In this document: one piece after another, positions 9,448 to 18,831 of the stretch
Numbering within the stretch: the stretch's first letter is position 1
How the letters are laid out: every line of letters begins with the position of its first letter
Source: a virus
Lineage: Duplodnaviria; Heunggongvirae; Uroviricota; Caudoviricetes
Reading direction: 5' to 3' (one strand)
Virus record (IMG/VR): IMGVR_UViG_2645727775_000019
Coordinates: 1 to 37,692 of that record
Length of the DNA stretch: 37,692 bases
Notes under the pieces: generated by a model
Seen by the model: only the letters and a program-made list of their open reading frames with translations
Told to the model about the DNA's origin: nothing
Database searches by the model: none
Made by a program: the position numbers and the translations under genes

Positions 9448-11355
9448 TTATCGTGGAAAACGAAAAGGGGAATACCCCACATCGTGCGTGATTTTCATCA
9501 GGGGATCGGCTTTGCCCGGTACATCAATTATCTTCATACCTGGCGGAGCATTCTCGAACGTGACTTTCAGCTCGCTGTGCTGTGTCATGGAAGAAGATGG
9601 ATTCAACAGCGGAACATTGGGTTTGTACTGGCTCAGGCTGGCCTGATACTGCTCGTACTCTTTACGATCAAAAAAAGGCGTCCAGTCTGAAGCCAGAAAC
9701 AGCCCTTTATTATCCAGCCAGTTAACCGTATCTTCAGGAACAACACTTTCCAGAGTATCTTTAACCGGCTCATACATCAGGGTTCCCAAAAAACCATATA
9801 CCCCGGCCTTCCCGATAAAGCCGCGGCCTTTCCCCATCAATCCCGTTTCTGCCGATACCTTCCCCAGCGTACGCATCTCTCTGGTCACTGCGGTAATGGA
9901 TTTGGTAACGTCAGCAACCCATTTGGTTGCCATAAACAGGGCAATCGCTTTCAGAACAGTTTCCCATCCCCCCATCACCTGCGCCGTTTCATCCACCACG
10001 TGCCAGACTTTTTTTATGACAGGGCCTACGGTTTCCCAGTTATCAATAATGAGGTAAGCGCCACCAACCAGAAGAGCAATCAGCCCCTTAGCAGGCGTCA
10101 TATTCATCACACCGCCGAGAACTTTCATGATTCTGGACAAAGAGCCTGCAGCGGCCCCCACTGTCAGTAAAGCCAGACCGATTTTAGCAATGGTCTTAAC
10201 GAGCTCCGGGTTTTCACGGACAAACGTTCTCACTTCCTCAAGGAGCGGTTTTACCGCTTCAAGACCATCATTAACCTCAGGAAGAAACGTTTCCCCCAGC
10301 GTGGAAGAAATGGCATCAAGTTGATTTTGCAGAAGTAAAAGCTGGTTTTCCGTCGTCGCTGCCCTCGAAGCATATTCCTTCTGCATCGAACTGCCATACT
10401 GCTGGGAATCCGCAACCCGCCTGAAGTTGGTACGCAACAAATCAAGGTTAGTCAGCAGAGGTGCTATCGCGCCCAGAGACTCTTTCCCGAACAGGGCATT
10501 CAGCACAGCTGCCTGTTTTTCTTTAGGCACTTTAGCCATCGCATCCAGTACAGACAGTATGGTGCCCCGGGCATCTTTCTGCATATCAGCAGCTAATTTC
10601 TTCGGATTGATCCGCAGAAAACGCAATGCCTGTTTCTGCGATTTTGTCGCAGAATTTCCCGCGGTCAGGGAAAGCATGAAGTTCTTGATCCCTGTGGCGG
10701 CAATTTCTGACTCCACGCCCATCCCGGCAATGGTTGCCCCCATTGCCGCGATTTCGCCGGAAGCCACACCTGCAACACCACCTAAAGGACCAATACGCGT
10801 AACAATATCGGAGATTTTCTTCGCGTTCGCCGGGCCGGTATTACCAAGGTAGTTGATTTTGTCAGCCAGCCCGGCCACTTCATCCTGCGTCATATTAAAC
10901 GCAGTACGCCACTGGGCCATCATCTGCCCGGACTCTTCAGCCGTGGTATCAAAGGCCACGCCCATCTTCACCGCATCAGTGGCAAACTGCATCAGTTCAT
11001 CACGTGCAATCCCGGCCTGACCGCCAGCCGCCACAATTTCCGCGATCCCGTCTGCAGACATGGGAAGCTCAGTAGACAAAGCGCGTACCTGCTCCGTCAT
11101 GGCCTTAAACGCATCCGGCGTATCCAGACCGTCCACCACTTTGCGGACATCAGCCATCTTCGATTCAAGGGTGATGGCTGATTTTACAGGGAGTGCCAGT
11201 GCCCCCATTATTGCAGTACCCGCCCCGGCAGCGCCCAGAGCAAGGCTGGAGACTTCTTTCTGAAACCCCTTAAGCTGACGCTGCATACCTTTAAGCGGGC
11301 CGGACAGCCTGTCAACAGCGGTGATGATGGCTTTCAGCTGAAAATTATCAGCCAT
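9448..11355 (-). CDS. Tail tape measure protein
   Basis: 635 aa, Ala/Gly-rich helical protein with hydrophobic segment; downstream of sheath-tube-chaperone. Confidence 0.85.
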   Translation of the reverse strand: MADNFQLKAIITAVDRLSGPLKGMQRQLKGFQKEVSSLALGAAGAGTAIMGALALPVKSAITLESKMADVRKVVDGLDTPDAFKAMTEQVRALSTELPMSADGIAEIVAAGGQAGIARDELMQFATDAVKMGVAFDTTAEESGQMMAQWRTAFNMTQDEVAGLADKINYLGNTGPANAKKISDIVTRIGPLGGVAGVASGEIAAMGATIAGMGVESEIAATGIKNFMLSLTAGNSATKSQKQALRFLRINPKKLAADMQKDARGTILSVLDAMAKVPKEKQAAVLNALFGKESLGAIAPLLTNLDLLRTNFRRVADSQQYGSSMQKEYASRAATTENQLLLLQNQLDAISSTLGETFLPEVNDGLEAVKPLLEEVRTFVRENPELVKTIAKIGLALLTVGAAAGSLSRIMKVLGGVMNMTPAKGLIALLVGGAYLIIDNWETVGPVIKKVWHVVDETAQVMGGWETVLKAIALFMATKWVADVTKSITAVTREMRTLGKVSAETGLMGKGRGFIGKAGVYGFLGTLMYEPVKDTLESVVPEDTVNWLDNKGLFLASDWTPFFDRKEYEQYQASLSQYKPNVPLLNPSSSMTQHSELKVTFENAPPGMKIIDVPGKADPLMKITHDVGYSPFRFPR

Positions 11356-11439
11356 GCTTCATCTCCTCATTTATACGGACAGCCTCTGCCTCCAGATCAG
11401 CAAAGTGGGAAATAGCCGTCCGGCGAAGTTCAAGGGGGT

Positions 11440-11763
11440 TTAATTTCCAGAACCACGCGACATTGTAGAATCGCTTCCGGAGCTCTCTTCCGTCTCCAAG
11501 CCGGTAAAAAAACGCATTACAATCATGCCTGCCTTGAAAATATCCAGCTTCGTCATCTGCGCTGCAGACGAGCGCGGGATCCCGGCCAGAAGCGGGATAT
11601 ATTTCAGCGCCACCTGACTGTCCATTTTCATACCACCATCAGGCGAAACAGAGAAAGGGAACCCCAGCGCCTCAATCTCGTCATACGTAGGCTCACGTAT
11701 TTCCAGCACATGCAGTGTTTCTTTGTGGGCGATGATCGGTTTTTTAAGTACAAGCTCAATCAC
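11440..11763 (-). CDS. Tail assembly chaperone (P2 gpE / Mu-like)
   Basis: 107 aa between tube and tape measure; T-run slippery site near 3' end (see findings). Confidence 0.6.
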   Translation of the reverse strand: MIELVLKKPIIAHKETLHVLEIREPTYDEIEALGFPFSVSPDGGMKMDSQVALKYIPLLAGIPRSSAAQMTKLDIFKAGMIVMRFFTGLETEESSGSDSTMSRGSGN

Positions 11764-12116
11764 TGGTAATCCCCTTCTTCACCGTGGAACTCAAGATCAA
11801 CCGTGCCTTCTTCGGCATTATGGTTCGCTTCGCCGTGCAGCCAGGCAGACGACAATACATAGACCTGACCGTTCGCCAGCTCGGCAGTGATGGTCATCTC
11901 ATCAGACGAGGTGATTTTGTTCACCGGAAAATTCTTCGGCACCTTGAAAGTCCCTTTGACATAAGGCGCACGGTGAGTTTCCTTGCGGTCCACTGAACCG
12001 TCCAGGCCGATGATGTCATCATTGACCGTCCTGTTCATGGGCACCTCAATGCCGCCGGTCAGCGATAGCTGTTGACCGTCAATTTTGAAATAACAGGTTC
12101 CCCCGATACGGGCCAT
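11760..12116 (-). CDS. Tail tube protein
   Basis: 118 aa immediately downstream of sheath gene with 4-nt overlap. Confidence 0.75.
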   Translation of the reverse strand: MARIGGTCYFKIDGQQLSLTGGIEVPMNRTVNDDIIGLDGSVDRKETHRAPYVKGTFKVPKNFPVNKITSSDEMTITAELANGQVYVLSSAWLHGEANHNAEEGTVDLEFHGEEGDYQ

Positions 12117-13609
12117 TATGCAGACTCCTCTGAATACTGAAGACGGAACTGGTTAACCACGGCAAAGACACGCAACTGGTTAACATAGTCAGGCGGGAAC
12201 AGCGTGTTCAGGCGGTTCGGATCGCTGGCATCACGCTCCACAACCAGGTACTGCTTAAACAGTTCGTAGTTTTCCACGATCCCCGCACGCTCAAGCTGAC
12301 GGTAGGTTGCCAGCAATTCCCCTTTGATCACCGCCGGTGTGACAATCGCCTGACCGGGACCAAAGCGGGTACCGTCGCTGGCAAGCTTGTGACGCCCGTA
12401 CTTACTGGTAATGACGGATTTCAGTTTGCGCAGCACATACGCGCTGGTATGCAGCGTCTCGCTGTCGAGGTAGCTGTTATCCGCAACACCGTAAGCGTTT
12501 TTCCTGTACGTGGTGACATCACGCTGAATGCGCAGCACCCCGCTTTCGACATACGCCGTTGCCACGCCATGAGACAGCAGGGTCTGTTGTTCGGTCATCG
12601 TGAACCGTTTCCCCTTCGGCGCAGGCAGCATACCCACCAGCTCACCGGTCTGCGTGGGACGTGCCGGATCGTTGCGAATAAACACCGCTGCGCGGGCGGT
12701 ACGGCTTGCCGCCAGCTCGTCGGCAGGCGTCTGGGTCTCTTTTTCGTATCCCGCCAGGGTAATGTGCTGCTGGTTAAACTGGTCACCTGCGGTCACCAGT
12801 TCTGACAGCGTGCCGATCTTTGCCGTATACACATGACCATACAGCTGACGCGCATAGCTCCAGCGACCGCTGGTATCGTTCATCTCGGTCACCAGCGTGT
12901 TAACGGAGGCCGTGTCGTTGAACGGCAGGCCGATATAATCAAACGGCTCATCCGCCATTGCAGCCACCGCGCCGGTGAGAACCGGAGCACCCGTTCCGGC
13001 GGTACCCGTCGCCACGGCAATCTGTACGCCCGCTGGCAGCACTTCGCCCCCACCAAAGCCGTAGTAATTGAGGCTGACAGGAATTTCATTCCCGCAAAGC
13101 CCCTTATGACGCGCGGTCAGTGTGACCACGCCTGCCGAAGATGAGGCAGTAAACGGCAGGGTCGGAACGGCATTGATGGCATCCTGGATACTGCTGGCAA
13201 TCGTCGCAACGTTATCGCCGTTGGTCACCGGTGCCTGCACGCGGGTACGTCCCACATAAACATTCACCGTGCCGCTTTCGGTTGCTTCCCCGGTCACCGT
13301 CAGCGTAACCGTTGCCGCCGCGCCTGTGGCTTCCGGAACGGCAATCACATACAGCTCACCAAACGGGTCGGTCTGGCGATAAGCCTCGACCATACGCGCC
13401 AGCTGACTTCCCGCACCACAAATCTGGCGTGCATAGTCTGCCGATGGCATCAGCACCAGACTGTTGGCAACAATCTCTGCACCGTTATTGGCATGACCAA
13501 TCAGCAGCGATGCTCCGCTGTCCTGTGCAGTATTCGCCGCCGAGTTATCCATTTCCGCATAAAAAATCGGAACCAGCGTATTTGACGGAATGGTGTTAAA
13601 GCTCGTCAT
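12116..13609 (-). CDS. Contractile tail sheath protein (Mu gpL-like)
   Basis: 497 aa; sheath family resemblance; AGGTG ribosome binding site upstream. Confidence 0.9.
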   Translation of the reverse strand: MTSFNTIPSNTLVPIFYAEMDNSAANTAQDSGASLLIGHANNGAEIVANSLVLMPSADYARQICGAGSQLARMVEAYRQTDPFGELYVIAVPEATGAAATVTLTVTGEATESGTVNVYVGRTRVQAPVTNGDNVATIASSIQDAINAVPTLPFTASSSAGVVTLTARHKGLCGNEIPVSLNYYGFGGGEVLPAGVQIAVATGTAGTGAPVLTGAVAAMADEPFDYIGLPFNDTASVNTLVTEMNDTSGRWSYARQLYGHVYTAKIGTLSELVTAGDQFNQQHITLAGYEKETQTPADELAASRTARAAVFIRNDPARPTQTGELVGMLPAPKGKRFTMTEQQTLLSHGVATAYVESGVLRIQRDVTTYRKNAYGVADNSYLDSETLHTSAYVLRKLKSVITSKYGRHKLASDGTRFGPGQAIVTPAVIKGELLATYRQLERAGIVENYELFKQYLVVERDASDPNRLNTLFPPDYVNQLRVFAVVNQFRLQYSEESA

Positions 13610-13771
13610 CGGTATTCACCTTTTCATTCACGCGCCGGATATCACCCGCTGCTTCACGGCGCAGCCAGTAGTTGTTCTCATCAACATTTCGCCCCTCGGC
13701 GGGCAAAAGGTCTCCGCGGGCAGGGTCAGGCACTGACCGCCCTTTAACAGGTTTCACAAACATGAAGATTC

Positions 13772-14332
13772 TCAGGAAGGAAGGGTTATTTCGGTGTGAT
13801 GTTCGATATCGCCGTCAGGCCCGTTACCGGGATCGAGATAATCAACATCAATCGCCAGCGTTCGCAGTTCATCCAGACTGTTCAGGTCATCCTGCTGGCG
13901 GGTATCGTCTTCGGTCAGCTCGCTGATGACCGAAAAATCGAACTGATAAATCAGCTCATGACGATTCAGATCCAGCAGCGTGCCGCCGTCATAGGTAATC
14001 GGGTTACCGCACGCTTCCGGGTTCCAGCCCAGCAGGGCCTTAAAGAGCATCTGCCGGACATCGTCCACCACATCATACGAGGCAAACTGACCGCGCTCAT
14101 CACGCCCGTTACTCAGTATGACAACCACGGAGAAGCCCTCTTTCAGCTCCTGCCAGTAGTCGGTCTGGCTTTTGTTTTCTCCCGGAGAGTCATCACCCGG
14201 TACCACATACGCCGCCGGGAGTCTCAGCTTTCCGACCTCCGGCAGATTTTTGAACTGTGCCGCGCCTGCCACCCGGTTTTCAAAATACGGGCAGCGGGCA
14301 CGCAGCGCAGCAATAACAGGCGTCAGTTTCAT
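13772..14332 (-). CDS. Tail terminator / tail completion protein (Mu gp37-like)
   Basis: 186 aa between head-completion genes and sheath. Confidence 0.55.
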   Translation of the reverse strand: MKLTPVIAALRARCPYFENRVAGAAQFKNLPEVGKLRLPAAYVVPGDDSPGENKSQTDYWQELKEGFSVVVILSNGRDERGQFASYDVVDDVRQMLFKALLGWNPEACGNPITYDGGTLLDLNRHELIYQFDFSVISELTEDDTRQQDDLNSLDELRTLAIDVDYLDPGNGPDGDIEHHTEITLPS

Positions 14333-14835
14333 CTGCGTCGTCGCTCCGGCTTCAGTGATTTACGTAATTCCCTCGCCAGAAAATAGCGTGTCCAGCTGCG
14401 GTTCTTTTCAAGAGTTTCCACCATAAAGTTATTACGTGGAGCCAGCCGCCAGCCGCTGCCACCAGATGCACCACGATGATGACTACGACGACGTTTTGCT
14501 CCTCCCCGGACACCAAAAAACAGAAACGCCGGATAGAAGTCACCAGAGATCATCCGGTTCCCCTTCCCGTTGCGCTGGTTAGGGGCAATGCGTGTCATAA
14601 AACCGGCTCGCTTTTTACTGGCTCTCGGCACCATGTAACCAATCGAACGAGCCAGGCGTCCGGTCTGATAACCGGGGTTTTCACCCGGTGCCGACCGCGC
14701 ACGGCGCATCACCAGCCGACGGGCATCACGCATATGACGCTGCCCAATCGTGACAAACGCCCGCCGGACACGGGCGCGGTTAAAGCGCATCTCCGCGGGC
14801 TGCTGAACATCAACGTGAAAAAAGGGAGTCGCCAT
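14329..14835 (-). CDS. HK97 gp10-family virion morphogenesis protein
   Basis: 168 aa, basic N-terminus; synteny. Confidence 0.65.
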   Translation of the reverse strand: MATPFFHVDVQQPAEMRFNRARVRRAFVTIGQRHMRDARRLVMRRARSAPGENPGYQTGRLARSIGYMVPRASKKRAGFMTRIAPNQRNGKGNRMISGDFYPAFLFFGVRGGAKRRRSHHRGASGGSGWRLAPRNNFMVETLEKNRSWTRYFLARELRKSLKPERRRR

Positions 14836-15220
14836 TGCTGCCTCCGTGACTCTGCGTAAATTCGCCCAGTTCCGTACACTCCAGCAGCAGAAAGCGCCGC
14901 GCCCCGTTCAGATCGCGCTGACGTTTCACCCGGTACACACTGTCATCACAGACCACCTCATAATCAGCAGTGATCCCGCGGCGGTAGCGAATGGTGATGT
15001 AATGGGTGATGGCATCTCCGGTCTGCGCGGTTTCCTGCCAGGTGGTGGCACTGGTCTGGATAACCTTCGCCCATGCCCGGAACGCAACCGGGTATTGAGG
15101 CTCCACGCCAAAGTTATCCGCGGGCATATCCACCCGCTGGCGGATCAGGACGCGTTTATTCAGTTCGCCGGGGTCCGGCAGTATGTAGGTTGCGCTGGTC
15201 TGCGCCTGACGAATTTTCAT
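14810..15220 (-). CDS. Head closure / head-tail adaptor protein
   Basis: 136 aa following connector gene. Confidence 0.65.
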   Translation of the reverse strand: MKIRQAQTSATYILPDPGELNKRVLIRQRVDMPADNFGVEPQYPVAFRAWAKVIQTSATTWQETAQTGDAITHYITIRYRRGITADYEVVCDDSVYRVKRQRDLNGARRFLLLECTELGEFTQSHGGSNGDSLFSR

Positions 15221-15540
15221 AGTGGTATAAGGCGATAAGGAGCAACCAACCAGTTAAAACTCATTGGCAACTCCATTTTCTCAACGTCTGTAACCGTTGA
15301 GCGGTTTTCGTAGAAATGGCTGACAAGTAGCAGAAGCGCCAGCTTCACATCATCAGATATCACAAGCCCATCAGGATCATCCGCAGGCCTGTCATCTGCG
15401 GTTGCATACAACTTACGGTTAAGGAAGTTTTCCGTACGACTCTGAGCGGCCTTACCAAGCAGTTCAAGCAACTCATCTTCATCAGAGAAATCATCATCCA
15501 GACGGAGCTGAAGCTTAATCTCTTCCATTTTTAACAGCAT
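15217..15540 (-). CDS. Head-tail connector (gp6-like)
   Basis: Start chosen at ATG (MLLKMEEIK) 7 nt after an AGGAGG site; acidic protein. Confidence 0.65.
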   Translation of the reverse strand: MLLKMEEIKLQLRLDDDFSDEDELLELLGKAAQSRTENFLNRKLYATADDRPADDPDGLVISDDVKLALLLLVSHFYENRSTVTDVEKMELPMSFNWLVAPYRLIPL

Positions 15541-15550
15541 AAAACCTCCT

Positions 15551-15592
15551 GTGCCCGCCAGAACGCGGGCACAAAAAAACCGCATTACGCGG
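15551..15592 (-). terminator. Two hairpins, one with a U-run, downstream of the major capsid gene (partial intrinsic terminator)
   Basis: Minus strand reads CCGCGTAATGCGG followed by TTTTTTT, then GTGCCCGCGTTCTGGCGGGCAC, then AGGAGG and the connector ATG. Confidence 0.55.
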
Positions 15593-15618
15593 CGTGCTGT
15601 ATTACGTAAAAAGACTAA

Positions 15619-16848
15619 TCAACCACCAACGCTACCTTTCCCCACCAGCGCTTTAATGGCAGAGGTGTCTTCCAGGATACAGTCAAAACGATGGAAGGCC
15701 AGAAAACCGGTCTGATCATATTCCGCGTAACGCTCAACCAGACGTTTAAGAATCATGTATCGCACACGACGGATAATGAAGCGATCAAAGTCACCACAGA
15801 ACATGAATTTTTTACCCGCCCCGATATCATCAATTTCCTGATCAATGACATACGGTACATTCAACACTGAAGCAGGTGCCACACCAACAATATCCGGCAA
15901 CCATAAAGGGCGTCCCTGACCGTCTTCCATCTCACTGATCAGTTTCAGCGTATTATCGTTAAACGCCAGGCGGAATTTCGGTCCGCGACGATATGCAGGA
16001 TCAATGCTGTGTTTCAGAGCCAGAATTTCCTGCCACTTCACCGTATTTGCCGCGGCAGTCTGTGTTGTGCCGGTCACAGATGCGACCAGCCCTTTGGGTT
16101 GTTTAGGCGTACCAGCACCCGTCCCCTGAATCAGATAACGGGCTTCACCACGACCAATACGTTCAGCAATGCGACGGGCAAGATAAGCTTCCATATCGAT
16201 CGCGCTGTCCTGCAGCAACTCATTAGACACACGAATGATTTTCGATGTCATTTTGAGCGCCCCAAGACTTCCCATACCGAAATCGGTGTCTTCTTCACCG
16301 GCTTCTTCATTTTCGCCCAGCAGAACACCAACTTCGGAAGTACCATCAGCTGTTGCCCACTCCATGGTGTGACCGTCAGAAGTGGTCAGAATCTGCGCCA
16401 CACTGGCGATGCCACCGTAGGATTTCATCTTCTCAACAACTTTCGCCAGGAATGTTTCTGGTACGGTATATCCGCCCTTTTCATCCTGAGCTACACCCTG
16501 GGCACGAAGTTCACGCAACGCCTTTCGCTCTTCTGATGTCAGCTCACTGGCACCGTGACGCATCCACTTATCAAAAACCTGAGCTCGTTTCTCATCCTGT
16601 TGCGAATTGTTTTCCGGATCAAGATTCTGACGCTGCTCTTCCTCATTGCTTTCAATGTACGCCTGATCCTGACGACGCAGTTCTTCTTCGCGTGCAATTC
16701 GTTCATCAAGCGCTTCCAGTTCGGATTTTGCTTTGTTCCACTCAGTGCGCTGCTCTTCCGTCCATGCGTTATCACCAATTTTTTCATTCAGGGCGCGCAT
16801 GTCAGTTGCGATAGTATTACGTTTCTGTTTCAGTTCATGCAGTTTCAT
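15619..16848 (-). CDS. Major capsid protein, HK97 fold, with N-terminal coiled-coil delta domain
   Basis: 409 aa; charged coiled-coil N-terminus then capsid domain; AAGGAAA ribosome binding site. Confidence 0.9.
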   Translation of the reverse strand: MKLHELKQKRNTIATDMRALNEKIGDNAWTEEQRTEWNKAKSELEALDERIAREEELRRQDQAYIESNEEEQRQNLDPENNSQQDEKRAQVFDKWMRHGASELTSEERKALRELRAQGVAQDEKGGYTVPETFLAKVVEKMKSYGGIASVAQILTTSDGHTMEWATADGTSEVGVLLGENEEAGEEDTDFGMGSLGALKMTSKIIRVSNELLQDSAIDMEAYLARRIAERIGRGEARYLIQGTGAGTPKQPKGLVASVTGTTQTAAANTVKWQEILALKHSIDPAYRRGPKFRLAFNDNTLKLISEMEDGQGRPLWLPDIVGVAPASVLNVPYVIDQEIDDIGAGKKFMFCGDFDRFIIRRVRYMILKRLVERYAEYDQTGFLAFHRFDCILEDTSAIKALVGKGSVGG

Positions 16849-16858
16849 GATGTTTCCT

Positions 16859-17461
16859 TTACGCGTTAAGAAGGGTCAGGACGCGTTCACGCGCCATACG
16901 TTGATTAATGGCTTTCTGTAGCGCGCCGCTGTTGCGCGCCTCCTGCCATGCTTTCATGGAGCGAACAGCCGAGTCAGCTTCCTGATAGGCAGGATATGTC
17001 ACAGGACTGACATCCAGCAGACGGGAAAAGCGGGTTATCTCGCGAATAACAACCCCGTCCTCATCCTGATACCACTCTTCACCGTCACGGGCGACACGGA
17101 AAGCGAAAGATGACTGGTTAATATCTCCACGTTGCATCGGGGCCAGCACTAGATCACGAATGGTCTGTGTCTCCGGAGCCTGGATGTCATAGCGTAATCC
17201 GCGCTCATCAACTGAAAGATTCAGCGTGCCTGCTGCACTACGCCCAAGAATAAAATTAGGATCGTGGTTAAACAGTGCGCGTACATCATCACCAAGCACA
17301 TCGTCAAAAGCGCCGGGCCGGATGATTTCGCGGAATGAACCGAATATCAGCTCAGAACGACAGTCAAACACCGATCCATAACCGATAATGTGCGCCGGGT
17401 TATCGTCATGCCTCTCAGCACGCACCTCACCGCTGTAACAACGGATTTCACGGTCATTCAT
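16859..17461 (-). CDS. Prohead protease (HK97 family)
   Basis: Start at MNDREIR with GAGGGA site; ORF-track start at 17518 would overlap the portal gene by 64 nt. Confidence 0.8.
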   Translation of the reverse strand: MNDREIRCYSGEVRAERHDDNPAHIIGYGSVFDCRSELIFGSFREIIRPGAFDDVLGDDVRALFNHDPNFILGRSAAGTLNLSVDERGLRYDIQAPETQTIRDLVLAPMQRGDINQSSFAFRVARDGEEWYQDEDGVVIREITRFSRLLDVSPVTYPAYQEADSAVRSMKAWQEARNSGALQKAINQRMARERVLTLLNA

Positions 17462-18680
17462 TGGTTTTTCCCTCATCGTTTTTTGGGGGCTTAAAATCTC
17501 CTGCCGGGTTAGCAGCATTCACGCTTACCAGCATCTCGTCCAGCCCTTCAACCGGATTCATATCCTCGAATGCGCGGGCCTCATTACGGCTCATCCATCC
17601 ATCGGTAATAGCGAAGTGATAGAATTGTGCGCGCTCCTGCGGAGTTCCGCGTAAAAGCCCCGTCAGATTGAACCTGACGTAATACCCGGCGGCTAACTCA
17701 GCGCGGGTAAACAAGCGACGGTTAAGCTCCTGCTCCCAGTTCGTCACCCACGGCATCATCGTGTAGCGGACAAACTGAATCGCCTGCGCAGAAATATTGG
17801 AGAAAGTGGCTTTTTCGAGGTCATTAATCATGTGCGCAGGAATATTGAAAATACCGGCGATCATTGAACGGTTCAGCTTCATCATGTCAATGATCTGAGC
17901 GTCAACTGGCGACACAGTCAGTGCCTTGTAATCCAGATCGGCTGGCAGCAGCATGGTTTTGTTTTCCTGGCGGCGTAACGCCTGCGATGCCTTCTGCCAC
18001 TGATCTTTAAGCCAGCCCCAGCTTTCCTTATTGAGTCCGCTTTTAACGGATACTATCCCCGCCGGACGGGCATTACCGCTGAAGAAGCTTTCTGTGTACT
18101 TCTGACCGCTCATCCCCATGCCTATTGTTTCGGCATGTTGCATAATCGGACTCAGCCCCATCTTCTGATTATTACCCAGCGCACGGATGTGGATCATATC
18201 GTCCGGACTGATCGCAAACGCCCCATATTCGTTGTACAAACCGTAGGTATATCGGCCACCAGTATTCATCAGCGTCGTTTCCCACGGCATACAGCAATCC
18301 AGGGATATGACTTCACCGCGACGATTACGTTTCACCCAGGTATACCCATTCCCCCAGCCAAGGATGTGACGTTGCTTCAGTTCGCGCCATTTGTAGCTGG
18401 TTTGCCAGGTATTGGGCTCATCATGAACCAGATAAAACGCCGGATGATCGCGTGCGGGTTCAACCTTCCCCTTGTGCCTGCGCATAACATGCAACGGCAT
18501 CTGGGCAAGGCTGGAAGACAGGACATAGATACAGGAATACACCGCAGCCAGTTTCATCGCAGTCTCAGGACTGACATAAACGTCTGCCCGGAACAGCCCA
18601 TCAGTATCAACGGCATCACCGGTTATCGGGGTGGAAGGATTCTCCAGTGATTTACTTCTGAACAGAGCATCAAGCAGCAC
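17454..18680 (-). CDS. Portal protein (HK97 family)
   Basis: Probable GTG start giving (M)[16 protein letters not shown]; the longer ORF-track start (18728) lies inside the upstream small ORF. Confidence 0.8.
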   Translation of the reverse strand: MLLDALFRSKSLENPSTPITGDAVDTDGLFRADVYVSPETAMKLAAVYSCIYVLSSSLAQMPLHVMRRHKGKVEPARDHPAFYLVHDEPNTWQTSYKWRELKQRHILGWGNGYTWVKRNRRGEVISLDCCMPWETTLMNTGGRYTYGLYNEYGAFAISPDDMIHIRALGNNQKMGLSPIMQHAETIGMGMSGQKYTESFFSGNARPAGIVSVKSGLNKESWGWLKDQWQKASQALRRQENKTMLLPADLDYKALTVSPVDAQIIDMMKLNRSMIAGIFNIPAHMINDLEKATFSNISAQAIQFVRYTMMPWVTNWEQELNRRLFTRAELAAGYYVRFNLTGLLRGTPQERAQFYHFAITDGWMSRNEARAFEDMNPVEGLDEMLVSVNAANPAGDFKPPKNDEGKTNE

Positions 18681-18831
18681 GCGCCCCCCTTCTGGCCATA
18701 GCCAGTGCGCCCACCAGCAGTAAAGCACCGGACAAAATCAGAGCCGGAGCCATACCAAACTGCAGGTAAACCCCGCACGTAAGCAGGCCAAAACCAGCCA
18801 GCCCGATAACATCAGCAATTAGTGATTTCAT
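18670..18831 (-). CDS. Small hydrophobic protein (53 aa) between terminase large subunit and portal
   Basis: ATG overlaps terL stop as ATGA; translation [53 protein letters not shown]; below ORF-track length cut-off. Confidence 0.4.
   Translation of the reverse strand: MKSLIADVIGLAGFGLLTCGVYLQFGMAPALILSGALLLVGALAMARRGARAA

Noticed and set aside
13596-13763. 55-codon minus-strand ORF in the gap before the sheath gene
   Set aside because: No ribosome binding site (preceded by CCTTCC), overlaps the sheath start; kept only as a remote possibility
13796-14386. 196-aa plus-strand ORF antisense to the tail terminator and gp10-like genes (likewise 16009..16536, 16353..16814, 18135..18650, 10427..10852 and other plus-strand ORFs inside the structural region)
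   Set aside because: Lie entirely antisense to well-supported minus-strand genes; translations are Arg/Ser/Pro-rich and not protein-like; no ribosome binding sites
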